From Atribacterota bacterium (GTDB taxonomy: Bacteria > Atribacterota > Phoenicimicrobiia > Phoenicimicrobiales > Stramentimicrobiaceae): 64,000 nt of DNA. The notes beneath the pieces are model-generated. The model worked only from the letters and a program-made list of their open reading frames with translations, was not told the DNA's origin and did no database searches. Where the stretch lies: assembly GCA_040767965.1 (NCBI GenBank), contig JAXGNR010000005.1:192001-256000 (forward strand). Reading direction: 5' to 3'. Shown piece by piece: positions 12,975-25,489 of the stretch (its first letter is position 1; each line of letters starts with the position of its first letter). The translations under genes were made by a program, and so were the position numbers.

Positions 12975-13448
12975 ATGAATGACAGAAAATTTATGCTAAC
13001 AGAGGAAGGCTTGGAGAAGCTAAAATCTGAATTGTATGAATTGAAGACAATAAAAAGAAAAGAGATAGCAGAAAAAATTAGTCATGCAGTTGCCTTTGGT
13101 GAAATTGCTGAGAATGCTGAATATAGATCTGCAAAAAATGAGCAGGCTTTTATAGAAGGCAGAATTTTGACTCTTGAAAAAATAATTGAAAATTGCGAAA
13201 TTATTGACAAGACAAAAAATGATAACACTTTTGTATCTCCGGGATCTGAGATAATTGTGGAAGATTTAAAAAAGAAAGAAAAGATTAAATATATATTAGT
13301 TGATTATATTGAATCTGATCCTGCCTCTGGTAAAATATCAATTGCCTCACCCATAGGCAAATCAATACTGGGGAAAAAAGTAGGAGACAAAGTAAAAATA
13401 AGAGTTCCTGCTGGCAGCATAAACTATAAAATACTAGAAATAAGATAA
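12975..13448 (+). CDS. greA: Transcription elongation factor GreA
   Basis: LTEEGLEKL, FGEIAENAEY, EQAFIEGRI, ISIASPIG. Confidence 0.97.
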   Translation: MNDRKFMLTEEGLEKLKSELYELKTIKRKEIAEKISHAVAFGEIAENAEYRSAKNEQAFIEGRILTLEKIIENCEIIDKTKNDNTFVSPGSEIIVEDLKKKEKIKYILVDYIESDPASGKISIASPIGKSILGKKVGDKVKIRVPAGSINYKILEIR

Positions 13449-13504
13449 TAATAAAATTCTATTAATTATTTTCTGAAAATTATAAATAATTTATAATATT
13501 AAAA

Positions 13505-13550
13505 ATAAAAAATGAACAAGCTTTTATTCTTTAGCTTGTTCATTTTTTAT
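13505..13550. terminator. Intrinsic terminator after greA
   Basis: Perfect 18-bp inverted repeat ATAAAAAATGAACAAGCT / AGCTTGTTCATTTTTTAT. Confidence 0.85.
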
Positions 13551-13730
13551 TTACTTTTTTTGCTATTGTATTATAAAATATATTAAAATTATTAATAGTA
13601 TTAAAAATATTGTGCTGACATTTTGACAAATATTCATTTTTGTCTAGCTATTTTCTGGCAAAATATAGTAATATGTAATTATAGTTTTAAGAGTAAGATT
13701 AAGAGTAAGATTTTACAAGGAGTGATATCG

Positions 13731-15221
13731 TTGATTGAACAAGAAGAAAAGAAAAATGTGACTATATTAAGAGAAGAAAGAATAAAAGAGATTGAACAAT
13801 TAAAATCCAGCAATATTGATCCTTTTGGCAAAAGGTTTGAGGGGAAAAAAACAATCGAAGAAGTGATTCACGATTTCAGTGATACTGCCACAAGTGACCC
13901 TTCTAATGATAATGTTACTGTTGCAGGAAGAATTAAAGGTTTACGAAAGCACGGAAAGGCAATATTTGCTGATCTGGAAGACCAGACAGGCAGATTACAG
14001 GTTTATATTAAGTCAAACTACATTGGAGAAGATTCATTTGCTATCTTTAAAAATATTGTTGTAGGGGATATTATTGGAATTACCGGGTCAGTTTTTAAAA
14101 CAAGAACTGGCGAATTGACAGTTCTTGCTAATAATTTTGTATTATTATGCAAATCAATGCGTGCATTGCCTGAGAAATGGCATGGATTAACCGATATGGA
14201 AATCAGATATCGTAAAAGATATTTAGATTTAATAAGTAATCCCGATGTTAAAAATGTTTTTATACAGAGAAGCAAAATAATAAAATATATTAGAAATTAT
14301 TTAGACGATAAAGGTTATTTAGAAGTAGAAACCCCAGTTTTACAACCTATACCTGGTGGCGCTACCGCAACTCCATTTATTACCCATCACTTAAGTCTTC
14401 ATAGAGACTTGTATTTAAAAATTGCACCTGAACTATATTTAAAAAGATTGTTGGTGGGAGGAATTGAGAAGGTTTATGAATTGAACCGTAACTTCCGTAA
14501 TGAAGGTATTTCTACAAAACATAATCCTGAATTTACAATGCTAGAATTATACGAAGCATATGCTGACTATAAAGTGATGATGGACATTGCCGAGGAAATG
14601 ATCACTTCTATTTTAAAAAAACTAAAAGGGAGCTTGGTTATAGAATATCAGGGAGAAAAAATTGATTTTAATCCTCCCTGGACCAGGCTGACTATGCGGG
14701 AAGCGATACTTTCTACTACCGGGATAGATTTTGATAAAATAGATAACAATGAGTTAAAGAAGGTTATTAAAAACTATCAACTTGAAATACCTGAAAACTC
14801 TTTAAAGGGTGATGTTATGAATGAAATATTTGAGAAAGAAGTTGAACATACTTTAATTCAGCCAACTTTTATAACTGAATACCCTATCGAGGTTTCTCCT
14901 TTATCAAAACAAAAGGAAGGCTCTCCGAATATTGTTGAGAGATTTGAGTTATTCATAAATTCCATGGAGCTCGCAAATGCTTTTACTGAGCTCAACGATC
15001 CCATTGAGCAAAAAAATAGATTTATTAAACAAGCTGAAAACAAAAGTAAAGGTGAGCTGAAAGAAGAATTTATTGATTATGACTATATTGAAGCTTTGGA
15101 ATACGGTATGCCGCCTGCGGGTGGTATGGGTATAGGGATAGATCGTTTAGTCATGATATTAACAAACCAAGACTCTATTAGAGAGGTAATTTTGTTTCCT
15201 CAGCTAAAGAAAAAAGAATAA
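13731..15221 (+). CDS. lysS: Lysyl-tRNA synthetase, class II
   Basis: OB-fold, RYRKRYLDL, FRNEGIS..HNPEFTMLE, GMGIGIDRL. TTG start at 13731 behind AGGAGTGA. Confidence 0.98.
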   Translation: MIEQEEKKNVTILREERIKEIEQLKSSNIDPFGKRFEGKKTIEEVIHDFSDTATSDPSNDNVTVAGRIKGLRKHGKAIFADLEDQTGRLQVYIKSNYIGEDSFAIFKNIVVGDIIGITGSVFKTRTGELTVLANNFVLLCKSMRALPEKWHGLTDMEIRYRKRYLDLISNPDVKNVFIQRSKIIKYIRNYLDDKGYLEVETPVLQPIPGGATATPFITHHLSLHRDLYLKIAPELYLKRLLVGGIEKVYELNRNFRNEGISTKHNPEFTMLELYEAYADYKVMMDIAEEMITSILKKLKGSLVIEYQGEKIDFNPPWTRLTMREAILSTTGIDFDKIDNNELKKVIKNYQLEIPENSLKGDVMNEIFEKEVEHTLIQPTFITEYPIEVSPLSKQKEGSPNIVERFELFINSMELANAFTELNDPIEQKNRFIKQAENKSKGELKEEFIDYDYIEALEYGMPPAGGMGIGIDRLVMILTNQDSIREVILFPQLKKKE

Positions 15222-15239
15222 AATTCGTTCAGGTATATT

Positions 15240-15512
15240 TTGAGAATAGATAAATATTTTAAAATCAGCAGAATCATCAAAAGAAGAGCCGAAGCAAAAA
15301 AAGCATGTGATACTCACAGTGTATTAATAAACGGTAGAATTGCTAAGCCTGGAGATAATGTTAAAACGCAAGATATTATCTCCATATATTTTAGAGATAA
15401 AATTTTAGAAATAGTAGTGCTAGAAGTGCCGGTTGGAAATGTACCTGTTTCTCGCTCTTCTCAACTTTATAGGATAACTAAAGAAGAAAAAAGATACTTT
15501 GATGAAGAATAG
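15240..15512 (+). CDS. rqcP: S4-domain RNA-binding protein (YabO/RqcP, Hsp15-like)
   Basis: MRIDKYFKISRIIKRRAEAK...INGRIAKPG. Confidence 0.8.
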   Translation: MRIDKYFKISRIIKRRAEAKKACDTHSVLINGRIAKPGDNVKTQDIISIYFRDKILEIVVLEVPVGNVPVSRSSQLYRITKEEKRYFDEE

Positions 15513-15544
15513 ATATGTAAATTTGTTAGAATGGACAATTTGAA

Positions 15545-16906
15545 ATGGATGAAAAATTATTAATCGAAAAAATTAAAAGATTGCTGGAAAAAAAGCAATT
15601 GGATGAGCTTAAAGAGATAGTGAAAGATTTGCACCCAAATGACTTTAATGTAATTGCAAATGAATTGACCATTGAACAAATAATTGAAATATTTAAACTA
15701 ATAAAAGAAAAAGAAATTATTGCTGAATATATATCTGAATTAAATTCTGATATCCAGTCTGAATTACTTAATACGATGAGCAAAAAACAAGCCTCAGACA
15801 TATTAAAAGAAATGGACACTGATGAGGCCGTTGATCTGTTAGGGGAAATTACCCCGGAAGAATCAAGAGAATTGCTTGATCTGATGCCAAAAGAAGAAGC
15901 TGAAGAGATTGAAGAATTGATGAAGTATGAAGGAAACACTTCAGGAAGCATCATGAATAATGAATTTGTGGCACTTCCTGAAGACTTAAATGCTAAAATG
16001 GCAATAGATTATATTCGGAAAATGAGTCCTGAAGCAGAAATGATATACTATGTATATGTTCTTGACAAAAGAAAAAGATTAATAGGAGTTTTATCATTAA
16101 GAGATCTAATTGTGGCCAATGAAAACAAAAAAATCGCAGATATTATGGAAGAGGATGTTATTAGCGTATTAGACACTGAAGATCGAGAAGTTGCGGCACG
16201 GGTTATTTCCGATTATGATTTTCTGGCTATTCCAGTAATTAATAAAACTGGTGTAATGGTTGGAATGATTACTGTTGATGATGTGATAGATGTGCTTGAA
16301 GAAGAAGTCACAGAAGATATCCATAAAATGGTTGGATCTGCAGAGTTCTATGAAGACAAGCTGATAAAAGCAACCCCATTAAGCAGAGCTAAAGCCCGTT
16401 TACCCTGGCTTCTGGTTTGTATGGTAGGAGAAGTAATTTCCGGTTCTGTCATCGAATTTCATTCAGGCATTTTAGAAATAGTTGTAGCTTTAACATTCTT
16501 TATCCCGATAATTATGGCAATGGGTGGAAATGTAGGTGCTCAATCATCTACCATTACCGTAAGAGGGCTGGCAACTGGTCAGTTGAGACTTGATGAATTG
16601 TGGAAAAATATATGGACTGAAACAAAAGTCGGGTTTTTTATTGGAATAACTATTGGTATTATAATATCAATATTCACTTTTTTTTGGCAAAGAGACTATA
16701 TTTTAGGCTTAACTATAGGATTGTCTCTTTGTATTACTGTTATAACAGCTGCCACAGTAGGTACTTTGCTGCCGTTGGTTTTTACCAGGCTGAAAATAGA
16801 TCCGGCTGTTGCTACTGGACCGTTTATAACAACTGCTGTTGATGTGGGAAGTTTGATGATATATTTTAGTTTGGGGACTTATCTTTTTACATATTTTGGG
16901 AAATAA
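15545..16906 (+). CDS. mgtE: Magnesium transporter MgtE
   Basis: N domain, CBS pair, ARLPWL, MGGNVGAQ, DPAVATGPFITT..D. Confidence 0.96.
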   Translation: MDEKLLIEKIKRLLEKKQLDELKEIVKDLHPNDFNVIANELTIEQIIEIFKLIKEKEIIAEYISELNSDIQSELLNTMSKKQASDILKEMDTDEAVDLLGEITPEESRELLDLMPKEEAEEIEELMKYEGNTSGSIMNNEFVALPEDLNAKMAIDYIRKMSPEAEMIYYVYVLDKRKRLIGVLSLRDLIVANENKKIADIMEEDVISVLDTEDREVAARVISDYDFLAIPVINKTGVMVGMITVDDVIDVLEEEVTEDIHKMVGSAEFYEDKLIKATPLSRAKARLPWLLVCMVGEVISGSVIEFHSGILEIVVALTFFIPIIMAMGGNVGAQSSTITVRGLATGQLRLDELWKNIWTETKVGFFIGITIGIIISIFTFFWQRDYILGLTIGLSLCITVITAATVGTLLPLVFTRLKIDPAVATGPFITTAVDVGSLMIYFSLGTYLFTYFGK

Positions 16907-16974
16907 GAAATAAAATTAATTAATTGGAAATAAATATTTATAAAAAAATACTAACAAAAAAGGGAGGAAAATAG

Positions 16975-18251
<1,277 letters not shown>

Positions 18252-18252
<1 letters not shown>

Positions 18253-18545
18253 TGTCTGTTATAAGATCTCTTTTAGAATCAAAAATAACCTGGGCAATTA
18301 TTTTATTGATATTATTTTATATTACTTTTATATTTTCTGGTAAATATGCCAGTATTATTGAGTTAAAAATATACATAAGCGAATTAAACAATGAGATTGA
18401 AATATTAGAAGAAGAGAATAAAAACCTGATAAAGAAAATAGACCTGTTGAACACAGATTATCATATTGAAAGAATAGCCCGGGAAGAACTTGATTTAATA
18501 AAAGATAATGAGATTTTATATAAAACAACAAAAGCAAACAAATAA
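18252..18545 (+). CDS. ftsB: Septum formation initiator FtsB/DivIC
   Basis: Single TM helix, coiled coil, IERIAREEL; directly after eno. Confidence 0.85.
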
Positions 18546-18645
18546 ATATTTTTTTTATGAAGTTTGATCTTTAAAAAGAAACATAATAAAATTAGACAAA
18601 GAAAATCAAAGTAAAAGAAACTGGAAAAAATTATTGTAAGTTCTA

Positions 18646-18674
18646 TTGACGACTTATATCATTTGCCTTATAAT
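18646..18674 (+). promoter_or_regulatory. Promoter of tRNA-Leu
   Basis: TTGACG, 17-nt spacer, TATAAT ending 11 nt before the tRNA. Confidence 0.75.
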
Positions 18675-18685
18675 TAATGAAGTTT

Positions 18686-18774
18686 GCCGGAGTGGCGGAA
18701 TAGGTAGACGCACAGGACTTAAAATCCTGCGAGCTGCAAGGCTTGTGCCGGTTCGATTCCGGCCTCCGGCACCA
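18686..18774 (+). tRNA. tRNA-Leu(TAA)
   Basis: GCCGGAG...CTCCGGC-ACCA; anticodon arm CAGGA-CT-TAA-AA-TCCTG; long variable arm. Confidence 0.97.
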
Positions 18775-18803
18775 CTTCATTTTTGATAAAAATATATAAT
18801 TGT

Positions 18804-18832
18804 TTGACTTTCAAAATTATCAATGTTAAAAT
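18804..18832 (+). promoter_or_regulatory. Promoter of the initiator tRNA
   Basis: TTGACT, 17-nt spacer, TAAAAT with an extended TG. Confidence 0.7.
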
Positions 18833-18873
18833 TGATAGCGGAAATAAAATATAAATTTATAACAAAAAAATAT

Positions 18874-18950
<77 letters not shown>

Positions 18951-19047
18951 TTATTAAGAAAACTAAACCTCTATTGTTAATTTAGAGGTTTTATTAATTA
19001 AAAAAGGCTAAGAAGTCTTATCTTTTCTACTTTTTCCATCCCATATT

Positions 19048-19124
19048 GGCGGTGTAGCTCAGCTGGCTAGAGCATGCGGTTCATACCCGCAGTGTCCTGA
19101 GTTCGAATCTCAGCACCGCCACCA
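19048..19124 (+). tRNA. tRNA(CAT), probably elongator tRNA-Met
   Basis: GGCGGTG...CACCGCC-ACCA; anticodon arm TGCGG-TT-CAT-AC-CCGCA; resembles Firmicutes elongator Met more than Ile2. Confidence 0.88.
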
Positions 19125-19240
19125 AATATTTGATGCCAGATGCCCATTAAATACGCATAACACTTAATCGTTAATATTATATAGGGCAAATTTGTATAAT
19201 AAAGAATTAAATCTATAGAAATTTTAAAATATTAAATATT

Positions 19241-20695
19241 TTGGATAAATTTTTAAAAAAAATTAATGAAACAATTAAAAAATATGGAATGATTGACTGG
19301 GGAGACAAAATAATAATTGCTGTATCAGGTGGACCTGATTCTATGTGCTTGCTGGATGTCCTGAATCGGCTAAAACAGCAATATAATTTATTTTTAATTG
19401 TTGCTCATGTAAATCATGGCATAAGAGGTAGTCAGTCAGACTTAGAAGCAAGGTATGTGCGCTTAAAATCCTACAAATTAAGAATTCCCTTTGAGCAGAT
19501 TTCTGTTTCTATTCCTGATATAGCCAAAAAAGAAAATATTTCGATAGAACAAGCCGGCAGAAAAATACGTTACTTTTTTTACAATGAGTTAAAATTAAAA
19601 TACCAAGCCCAAAAAGTTGCCATTGGCCATCACTCAAATGATCAAATTGAAACTGTGTTAATGAGAATAATTAGAGGTACTGGCCTTGAAGGGTTAACCG
19701 GTATTCCTGCAAAGAGAGAACACTATATCAGACCTTTATTGGAATGTAGCAGATCAGAAATAGAGGATTACTGCTATAAAAATAAGATAATTTATTTTTT
19801 AGACTCCAGCAATGAAGACCAGAAATACTTCAGAAATAAGATTAGAAATGCACTCTTACCTTTAATTGCTAAGGAATACAACTCTTCTATTTACAGCAAT
19901 CTTCTTCAATTGCAAGATATAGCCCAGGAAGAATTAATATTGTTGAGAACAATCACAGAAAAATATTATTTAGAAACTTTAATAAAAAAATATAAAAACT
20001 GGATAAAATTAGATATTCAAAAACTAAAAAACCATCCAGTCGCTTTACAAAGGCGTATTTTAAGAAAAAGTCTAAAGCAGATAAAATTTAACTTAGACAA
20101 TATTAATTATCGCCACATTGAAAAAATACGAAGGATCTGCTTAAAAAATGATGGGGAAAAATATTATAATTTACCCGGGAAACTAAGCATCAGGAAAAGT
20201 TACTCGGAATTGTTGTTGAAGTATAATGAAGTAATTAAGAAAAAAGATACGGGTTACTCTTTTGATAATTGGAAAGTTGAGTTACCTTTGTATAAAACTA
20301 AAAAAATACCTAAAATAAGTGCTATAATATCCAGTAAGATATATGAATATGATAATATTAATATTAAAGATTTGAAAAAACTATTTAACAATATTTCAAA
20401 AAACGAAGCATATATTGATTTTGATAAATTGCTGTTTCCTTTGAGTATTAGAGCCAGGAATTTTGGTGATAAATTTAAACCGTTAAACAGTAATTATTAT
20501 AAAAAAATAAAGTCTTATTTTATAGATGAGAAAATACCTCTTTATAAAAGAGGAAAATGTGGTATTTTGGTAGATGGACAAGATCGTATTGTTTGGATTA
20601 TCGGTTTGCAGCTGGATGATCGATATAAAATAACTGAAAATACTAAAAAAATACTTTATTTAAAAAAGGAAGATTATCAAACAGAAACAAAATAG
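19241..20695 (+). CDS. tilS: tRNA(Ile)-lysidine synthase
   Basis: AVSGGPDS, HVNHGIR, GHHSNDQIET, RNKIR, TilS C-terminal domain; tilS-hpt-ftsH synteny. Confidence 0.96.
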   Translation: MDKFLKKINETIKKYGMIDWGDKIIIAVSGGPDSMCLLDVLNRLKQQYNLFLIVAHVNHGIRGSQSDLEARYVRLKSYKLRIPFEQISVSIPDIAKKENISIEQAGRKIRYFFYNELKLKYQAQKVAIGHHSNDQIETVLMRIIRGTGLEGLTGIPAKREHYIRPLLECSRSEIEDYCYKNKIIYFLDSSNEDQKYFRNKIRNALLPLIAKEYNSSIYSNLLQLQDIAQEELILLRTITEKYYLETLIKKYKNWIKLDIQKLKNHPVALQRRILRKSLKQIKFNLDNINYRHIEKIRRICLKNDGEKYYNLPGKLSIRKSYSELLLKYNEVIKKKDTGYSFDNWKVELPLYKTKKIPKISAIISSKIYEYDNINIKDLKKLFNNISKNEAYIDFDKLLFPLSIRARNFGDKFKPLNSNYYKKIKSYFIDEKIPLYKRGKCGILVDGQDRIVWIIGLQLDDRYKITENTKKILYLKKEDYQTETK

Positions 20696-20726
20696 TATTT
20701 TAGGAACATTTTAAGGAGATTGAATA

Positions 20727-21275
20727 ATGATAAAACAAGAGCAGATTGAAGAAATTTTGATTCCCGAAAACCAAATAAGAAAGAAAATAAAAGAGCTTGG
20801 AAACCAAATTTCTTTGGATTATAAGGACAAAGAAATTATCTGTATAGGAGTATTAAGAGGAGCAGTTGTGTTTTTAGCAGACTTAGCAAGACATATTAAA
20901 ACCCCGATGTTAATTGATTTTATGTCTATTTCTAGCTATGGGGCTTCTACTAAATCTTCAGGCGTGGTAAGAATAATAAAAGATTTAGATGAAAATATTG
21001 AAGAAAAAAATGTATTGATAGTTGAAGATATAGTTGATACCGGTTTAACGCTGGATTACTTAATTCGTATGCTAAAATCGAGAAACCCGGCAAGTTTAAG
21101 AGTTTGTACATTATTAAATAAGAAAGACAGAAGACAAATAGATGTGCCTATTGATTACTGTGGTTTTGAAATTCCAGATAAATTTGTGGTGGGATACGGC
21201 TTAGATTTTAACGGCCACTACAGAAATTTACCATACATACTTGTTTTAAAATCGGTTTATTATCAAGTTGACTGA
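20727..21275 (+). CDS. hpt: Hypoxanthine phosphoribosyltransferase
   Basis: VLIVEDIVDTGLTL, FVVGYGLD. Confidence 0.97.
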   Translation: MIKQEQIEEILIPENQIRKKIKELGNQISLDYKDKEIICIGVLRGAVVFLADLARHIKTPMLIDFMSISSYGASTKSSGVVRIIKDLDENIEEKNVLIVEDIVDTGLTLDYLIRMLKSRNPASLRVCTLLNKKDRRQIDVPIDYCGFEIPDKFVVGYGLDFNGHYRNLPYILVLKSVYYQVD

Positions 21276-21450
21276 TTAATGGCAATAAATCAAATTAATT
21301 AGCATAAGACATAAGAATTATACTATAAAGACATTTATAATAAATATTAATATATTTTTATCTGTTTGTTTTTAAATATAAAATATGCTAAAATTACCTT
21401 GCATTTCTTTCTAATTTATATTTATTTTATTTTGAGCAAAGGAGAAAAAG

Positions 21451-23292
21451 TTGGCCAAGATAGATCCTAATAATTTTAAGAACAAAAATTTTAAAAATGC
21501 TGGTTTATACCTTTTAATATTAATAGTCATAATTTCAATTTTAAGTTCATATTTCGAACCAGGTTCAAGCATAAAAGAACTTACCTATTCTCAATTTTTG
21601 AATGAAGTTGAGAATAACAATATTTTAAATGTTTCCATATCCGGAAATACAGCCACTGGTGATTTGATTAATAACCAAAAATTTTCTACATATTTACCCG
21701 ATGATCCAGAGCTTATGAATATATTACGAAATAAAAATATAAATATTGAAGCTAAGCCCCCAGTTGAATTGTCATGGTGGATGAGAATATTGTCTTCTAT
21801 TTTACCTATGGCCTTAATAATCGGGATCTGGATTTTTATGATGAGACAGATGCAAGGCGGTGGAAATAAGGTAATGTCGTTTGGAAAAAGCCAGGCTAAA
21901 TTAATGGGCAAAGAAACTCCCAAGGTAACATTTGATGATGTTGCAGGTGTTGATGAGGCCAAGGAGGAATTGCAGGAAGTTATTGAATTCTTAAAAAATC
22001 CTGCAAAATTTAACCAGTTGGGTGCCAAAATACCTAAGGGAGTTCTTCTTTATGGACCTCCTGGATCAGGGAAAACCCTACTAGCACGTGCAGTTGCGGG
22101 AGAAGCAGGAGTTGCTTTTTTTAGCATTAGCGGTTCTGATTTTGTAGAAATGTTTGTAGGGGTAGGTGCATCAAGAGTAAGAGATCTTTTCAAGCAGGCT
22201 AAAACCAATAGCCCCTGCATAATATTTATGGATGAAATAGACGCTGTGGGACGACATAGAGGAGCCGGGCTAGGCGGAGGACATGATGAGAGAGAACAGA
22301 CTCTGAATCAATTGCTTGTTGAAATGGATGGATTTGATCAAAATATTGGAGTAATTTTAATAGCTGCAACTAATAGACCAGATGTACTGGATCCAGCACT
22401 TTTAAGGCCTGGACGTTTTGACCGTAGAATTGTTGTAGATAGACCTGACTTGTTAGGACGTGAACAGATATTGATAGTTCATGCAAAAGGGAAACCCTTG
22501 AATGAGGATGTAGATTTGAAAGTTCTGGCAAGAAGAACTCCTGGATTTGTAGGTTCAGATTTAGCAAACTTAGTTAACGAGGCAGCTTTGCTGGCATCCA
22601 GAAAAAGTAAAAAAAATATAACTATGGAAGACTTTGAAGCCTCAATCGATAGGGTCATTGCCGGCCCTGAAAGAAAGAGTAGACTTATGAATGAAAAAGA
22701 GAAGAAAATAGTTGCCTATCATGAATCAGGGCATGCATTAGTAGCAAAACTTTTACCTAATGGTGACCCAGTCCATAAAGTCTCGATTATCCCAAGAGGC
22801 AGTGCGGCTCTTGGCTATACTTTGCAATTACCAACAGAAGATCGATTTTTAATTAGCAAATCAGAATTGATGCAAAGATTAAGTGTTTTGCTGGGTGGCA
22901 GGGTTGCAGAAGAAATAATATTTAAAGATATAACTACAGGTGCCCAAAATGATTTAGAAAGAGCTACTAAAATTGCCAGACAAATGGTCACAGAATTTGG
23001 AATGAGCGAAACCATAGGCCCGATGACTTTGGGCCGAAAAGAACATCAAGTTTTTCTTGGGAAAGATATTTCTGAAGATCGCAATTATAGTGACGAAATT
23101 GCCTTCCAAATTGATAAAGAAGTTGAAAAAATAATTGAAAATGCTTATAACAAAGCAAAAGAAATTTTAACTAAGAATAAGGCAAAACTGAAAAAAATTG
23201 CCACCACTTTACTTCAAAAAGAAACTATTGAAGGAGAAGAACTTGATTTATTAATGGAAGGTGCAAAGCTTGCTACAGGCCAAGCAGTTTAG
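21451..23292 (+). CDS. ftsH: ATP-dependent zinc metalloprotease FtsH
   Basis: Two TM helices, [21 protein letters not shown] region, HESGH zinc motif. Confidence 0.99.
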   Translation: MAKIDPNNFKNKNFKNAGLYLLILIVIISILSSYFEPGSSIKELTYSQFLNEVENNNILNVSISGNTATGDLINNQKFSTYLPDDPELMNILRNKNINIEAKPPVELSWWMRILSSILPMALIIGIWIFMMRQMQGGGNKVMSFGKSQAKLMGKETPKVTFDDVAGVDEAKEELQEVIEFLKNPAKFNQLGAKIPKGVLLYGPPGSGKTLLARAVAGEAGVAFFSISGSDFVEMFVGVGASRVRDLFKQAKTNSPCIIFMDEIDAVGRHRGAGLGGGHDEREQTLNQLLVEMDGFDQNIGVILIAATNRPDVLDPALLRPGRFDRRIVVDRPDLLGREQILIVHAKGKPLNEDVDLKVLARRTPGFVGSDLANLVNEAALLASRKSKKNITMEDFEASIDRVIAGPERKSRLMNEKEKKIVAYHESGHALVAKLLPNGDPVHKVSIIPRGSAALGYTLQLPTEDRFLISKSELMQRLSVLLGGRVAEEIIFKDITTGAQNDLERATKIARQMVTEFGMSETIGPMTLGRKEHQVFLGKDISEDRNYSDEIAFQIDKEVEKIIENAYNKAKEILTKNKAKLKKIATTLLQKETIEGEELDLLMEGAKLATGQAV

Positions 23293-23502
23293 CTATAAAT
23301 AAACTAATTAGAAATTATCAATAAAAGGCAATATCAAAGAAAATCTAACAGTTAATGCAGACAGATGATTTGAAAAAAGGTTAATTTAAGGAGGTGATTT
23401 TAAAAAAGCATTTCGCCAAACTGCAATTAGCTTTTTGCAAAATAATCTTTAAGAATAATCTTTATCAGTTTAGATTCTATTGTTAAGAGGAGGGTATATT
23501 AT

Positions 23503-25356
23503 ATGAAAAGAAAAATGTTTTTAGTTATGGCTATTATTGTAATAATGGTCAGTTGTGTATTTACCATAAATGCACAGGTAAAAAATCCTGACAGATTAGT
23601 CTATGCCAATATTGGTGGTCCAGAGACGATGAATCCACACTGGGCATATGATACTGCCAGCGGAGAGATTATCTTTCAAGTATATGATAATCTTATTGCT
23701 TATGATGGAGAAAGTCTCTCTAATTTTGTTCCTATGCTTTCAACAGAGGTTCCTTCAGTAGAAAATGGTCTAATCTCTGAAGATGGTTTAACTTATATCT
23801 TTCCCATAAGAAAAGAAGTAAAATTCCACAATGGTGCAATGTTAACTCCTGAAGATATTGAGTACAGTTTTGAAAGAGGAATGATTTTTGATCGTGCCGG
23901 TGGCCCTATGTGGATGATTTTAGAACCATTATTAGGAATTATCAGCATCGAAGAACTCGCAGTTGAATTGACGGGGGTAGAAAGCTATGCAGATATGTTT
24001 GTGGATGGAGAACTGAAAGAAGAGTATAAAGATGCATTAATTCAAGTTTTTACTGATTATGTGGATAAGGCTGTTGAGGTTGATGGTGACAGGATAATAT
24101 TTCATCTTTCCCAACCGTATGCCCCATTCTTAAATATTCTGGCCCATGGTGGTGCCTGGTCCGCTGTTATCAACAAAGATTGGTCAATTGAGCAAGGCGC
24201 ATGGGATGGAAAGCCTGACACCTGGTGGAACTATCATGATCCTAGAAATGAAGAAGATCCCCTTTACAATATAACCAATGGTACAGGCCCATTTAAATTA
24301 ACAAGATGGGTTCCAGAAGAAACTGTAATGCTGGAGAGATTTGAAGACCATTGGAGAGGTCCCGCCAAGTTAAAAGAAGTAGTCTACCAATATGTTAATG
24401 AGTGGACTACCCGTAAATTAATGCTTCAAAATGGTGATGCAGATATGGTATATGTACCGGTGACCAATATTAAAGAAGTTGAAAATATGGATGGTGTTGA
24501 ATTGATTACTGGTTTAGCTACATTAGCAAATGCTGTTGCTCATATGCCCTGGACATTAAATGCTGAAGGCAATGCCAATCTGGGAAGTGGAAAGCTGGAT
24601 GGTAATGGAATTCCTCCAGATTTCTTCTCAGACATCCATGTCAGAAAAGGTTTTTCATATTTATTTCCTTACAGTGTAAACATTGAAAAATCTATGCATG
24701 GATTAGCAATTCGGAATCCTGGCCCAATCCCTCAGGGTCTACTGGGATATTCAGATGATTCAGAATTATTTTATAACTTTGATTTGCTTGCAGCCAAAGA
24801 AGAATTTAAAAAAGCCTGGGATGGAGAATTATGGGAAAAAGGATTTAAGTTCAATATTTTTTACAATGAAGGTAATGATGTGCGTAAAGCAGTTTGTGAT
24901 ATGATTGCTACTTATGCTAGAATAGTAAATCCCAAATTTGAAATTACCCCAGTTGGTGTACAATGGTCTTCTTACTTAAAACAATTCCTGGCAGAACAGC
25001 TACCTATTTATGTTATTGGTTGGCTGGCAGATTATCCAGATCCTCATAACTGGGTACCTACTTTCCTGGGTAGCACTGGAACTTATAGCGGATATTACGG
25101 TGAAGCATACCGGGAATGGGCAAGAGAATATATTGATCCTTTAATTGATGAAGGACTAAAATCAGTTTTACCTGAAGAGAGAGCATCTATTTATAAAGAA
25201 ATAACCCGTATTGCTCATGATAATGCAGTAGCTTTATATCTATATCAAACTATTGGAATTCATGTCCAGAGAGATTGGGTAAAAGGCTGGTATTACAATG
25301 CTGTGATTTCAGGATTACCAGAAGGTGCTGATTTCTATAGTATATACAAAGAATAA
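23503..25356 (+). CDS. oppA: Peptide/nickel ABC transporter substrate-binding protein (family 5)
   Basis: Signal peptide, VKFHNG...DIEYSFER, GTGPF, GWLADYPDP. Confidence 0.9.
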   Translation: MKRKMFLVMAIIVIMVSCVFTINAQVKNPDRLVYANIGGPETMNPHWAYDTASGEIIFQVYDNLIAYDGESLSNFVPMLSTEVPSVENGLISEDGLTYIFPIRKEVKFHNGAMLTPEDIEYSFERGMIFDRAGGPMWMILEPLLGIISIEELAVELTGVESYADMFVDGELKEEYKDALIQVFTDYVDKAVEVDGDRIIFHLSQPYAPFLNILAHGGAWSAVINKDWSIEQGAWDGKPDTWWNYHDPRNEEDPLYNITNGTGPFKLTRWVPEETVMLERFEDHWRGPAKLKEVVYQYVNEWTTRKLMLQNGDADMVYVPVTNIKEVENMDGVELITGLATLANAVAHMPWTLNAEGNANLGSGKLDGNGIPPDFFSDIHVRKGFSYLFPYSVNIEKSMHGLAIRNPGPIPQGLLGYSDDSELFYNFDLLAAKEEFKKAWDGELWEKGFKFNIFYNEGNDVRKAVCDMIATYARIVNPKFEITPVGVQWSSYLKQFLAEQLPIYVIGWLADYPDPHNWVPTFLGSTGTYSGYYGEAYREWAREYIDPLIDEGLKSVLPEERASIYKEITRIAHDNAVALYLYQTIGIHVQRDWVKGWYYNAVISGLPEGADFYSIYKE

Positions 25357-25407
25357 AACAAAAGAAATTTTACTTTCTTTTTGTTGTACTAAAATAACTT
25401 AAAAAGA

Positions 25408-25442
25408 GCAATGGAGTGAAAGTTGTGCTTTCACTCCATTGC
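25408..25442 (+). terminator. Stem-loop after the substrate-binding gene (partial terminator or mRNA stabiliser)
   Basis: Perfect 15-bp inverted repeat GCAATGGAGTGAAAG / CTTTCACTCCATTGC. Confidence 0.75.
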
Positions 25443-25489
25443 ATTATGATATTTAAACATAGCTATGAAAAAAACAGGAGAAAAATATT

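Noticed and set aside
13551-13730. T-box riboswitch upstream of lysS (also checked before argS)
   Set aside because: No GGTGGNACCGCG T-box motif and no GC-rich leader structure.
19048-19124. tRNA-Ile2(CAT), suggested by adjacency to tilS
   Set aside because: The sequence resembles elongator tRNA-Met more closely. This is not fully excluded without isotype models.
23394-23486. 30-codon GTG-started ORF upstream of oppA
   Set aside because: The GTG lies inside the SD itself and the peptide has no recognisable features.
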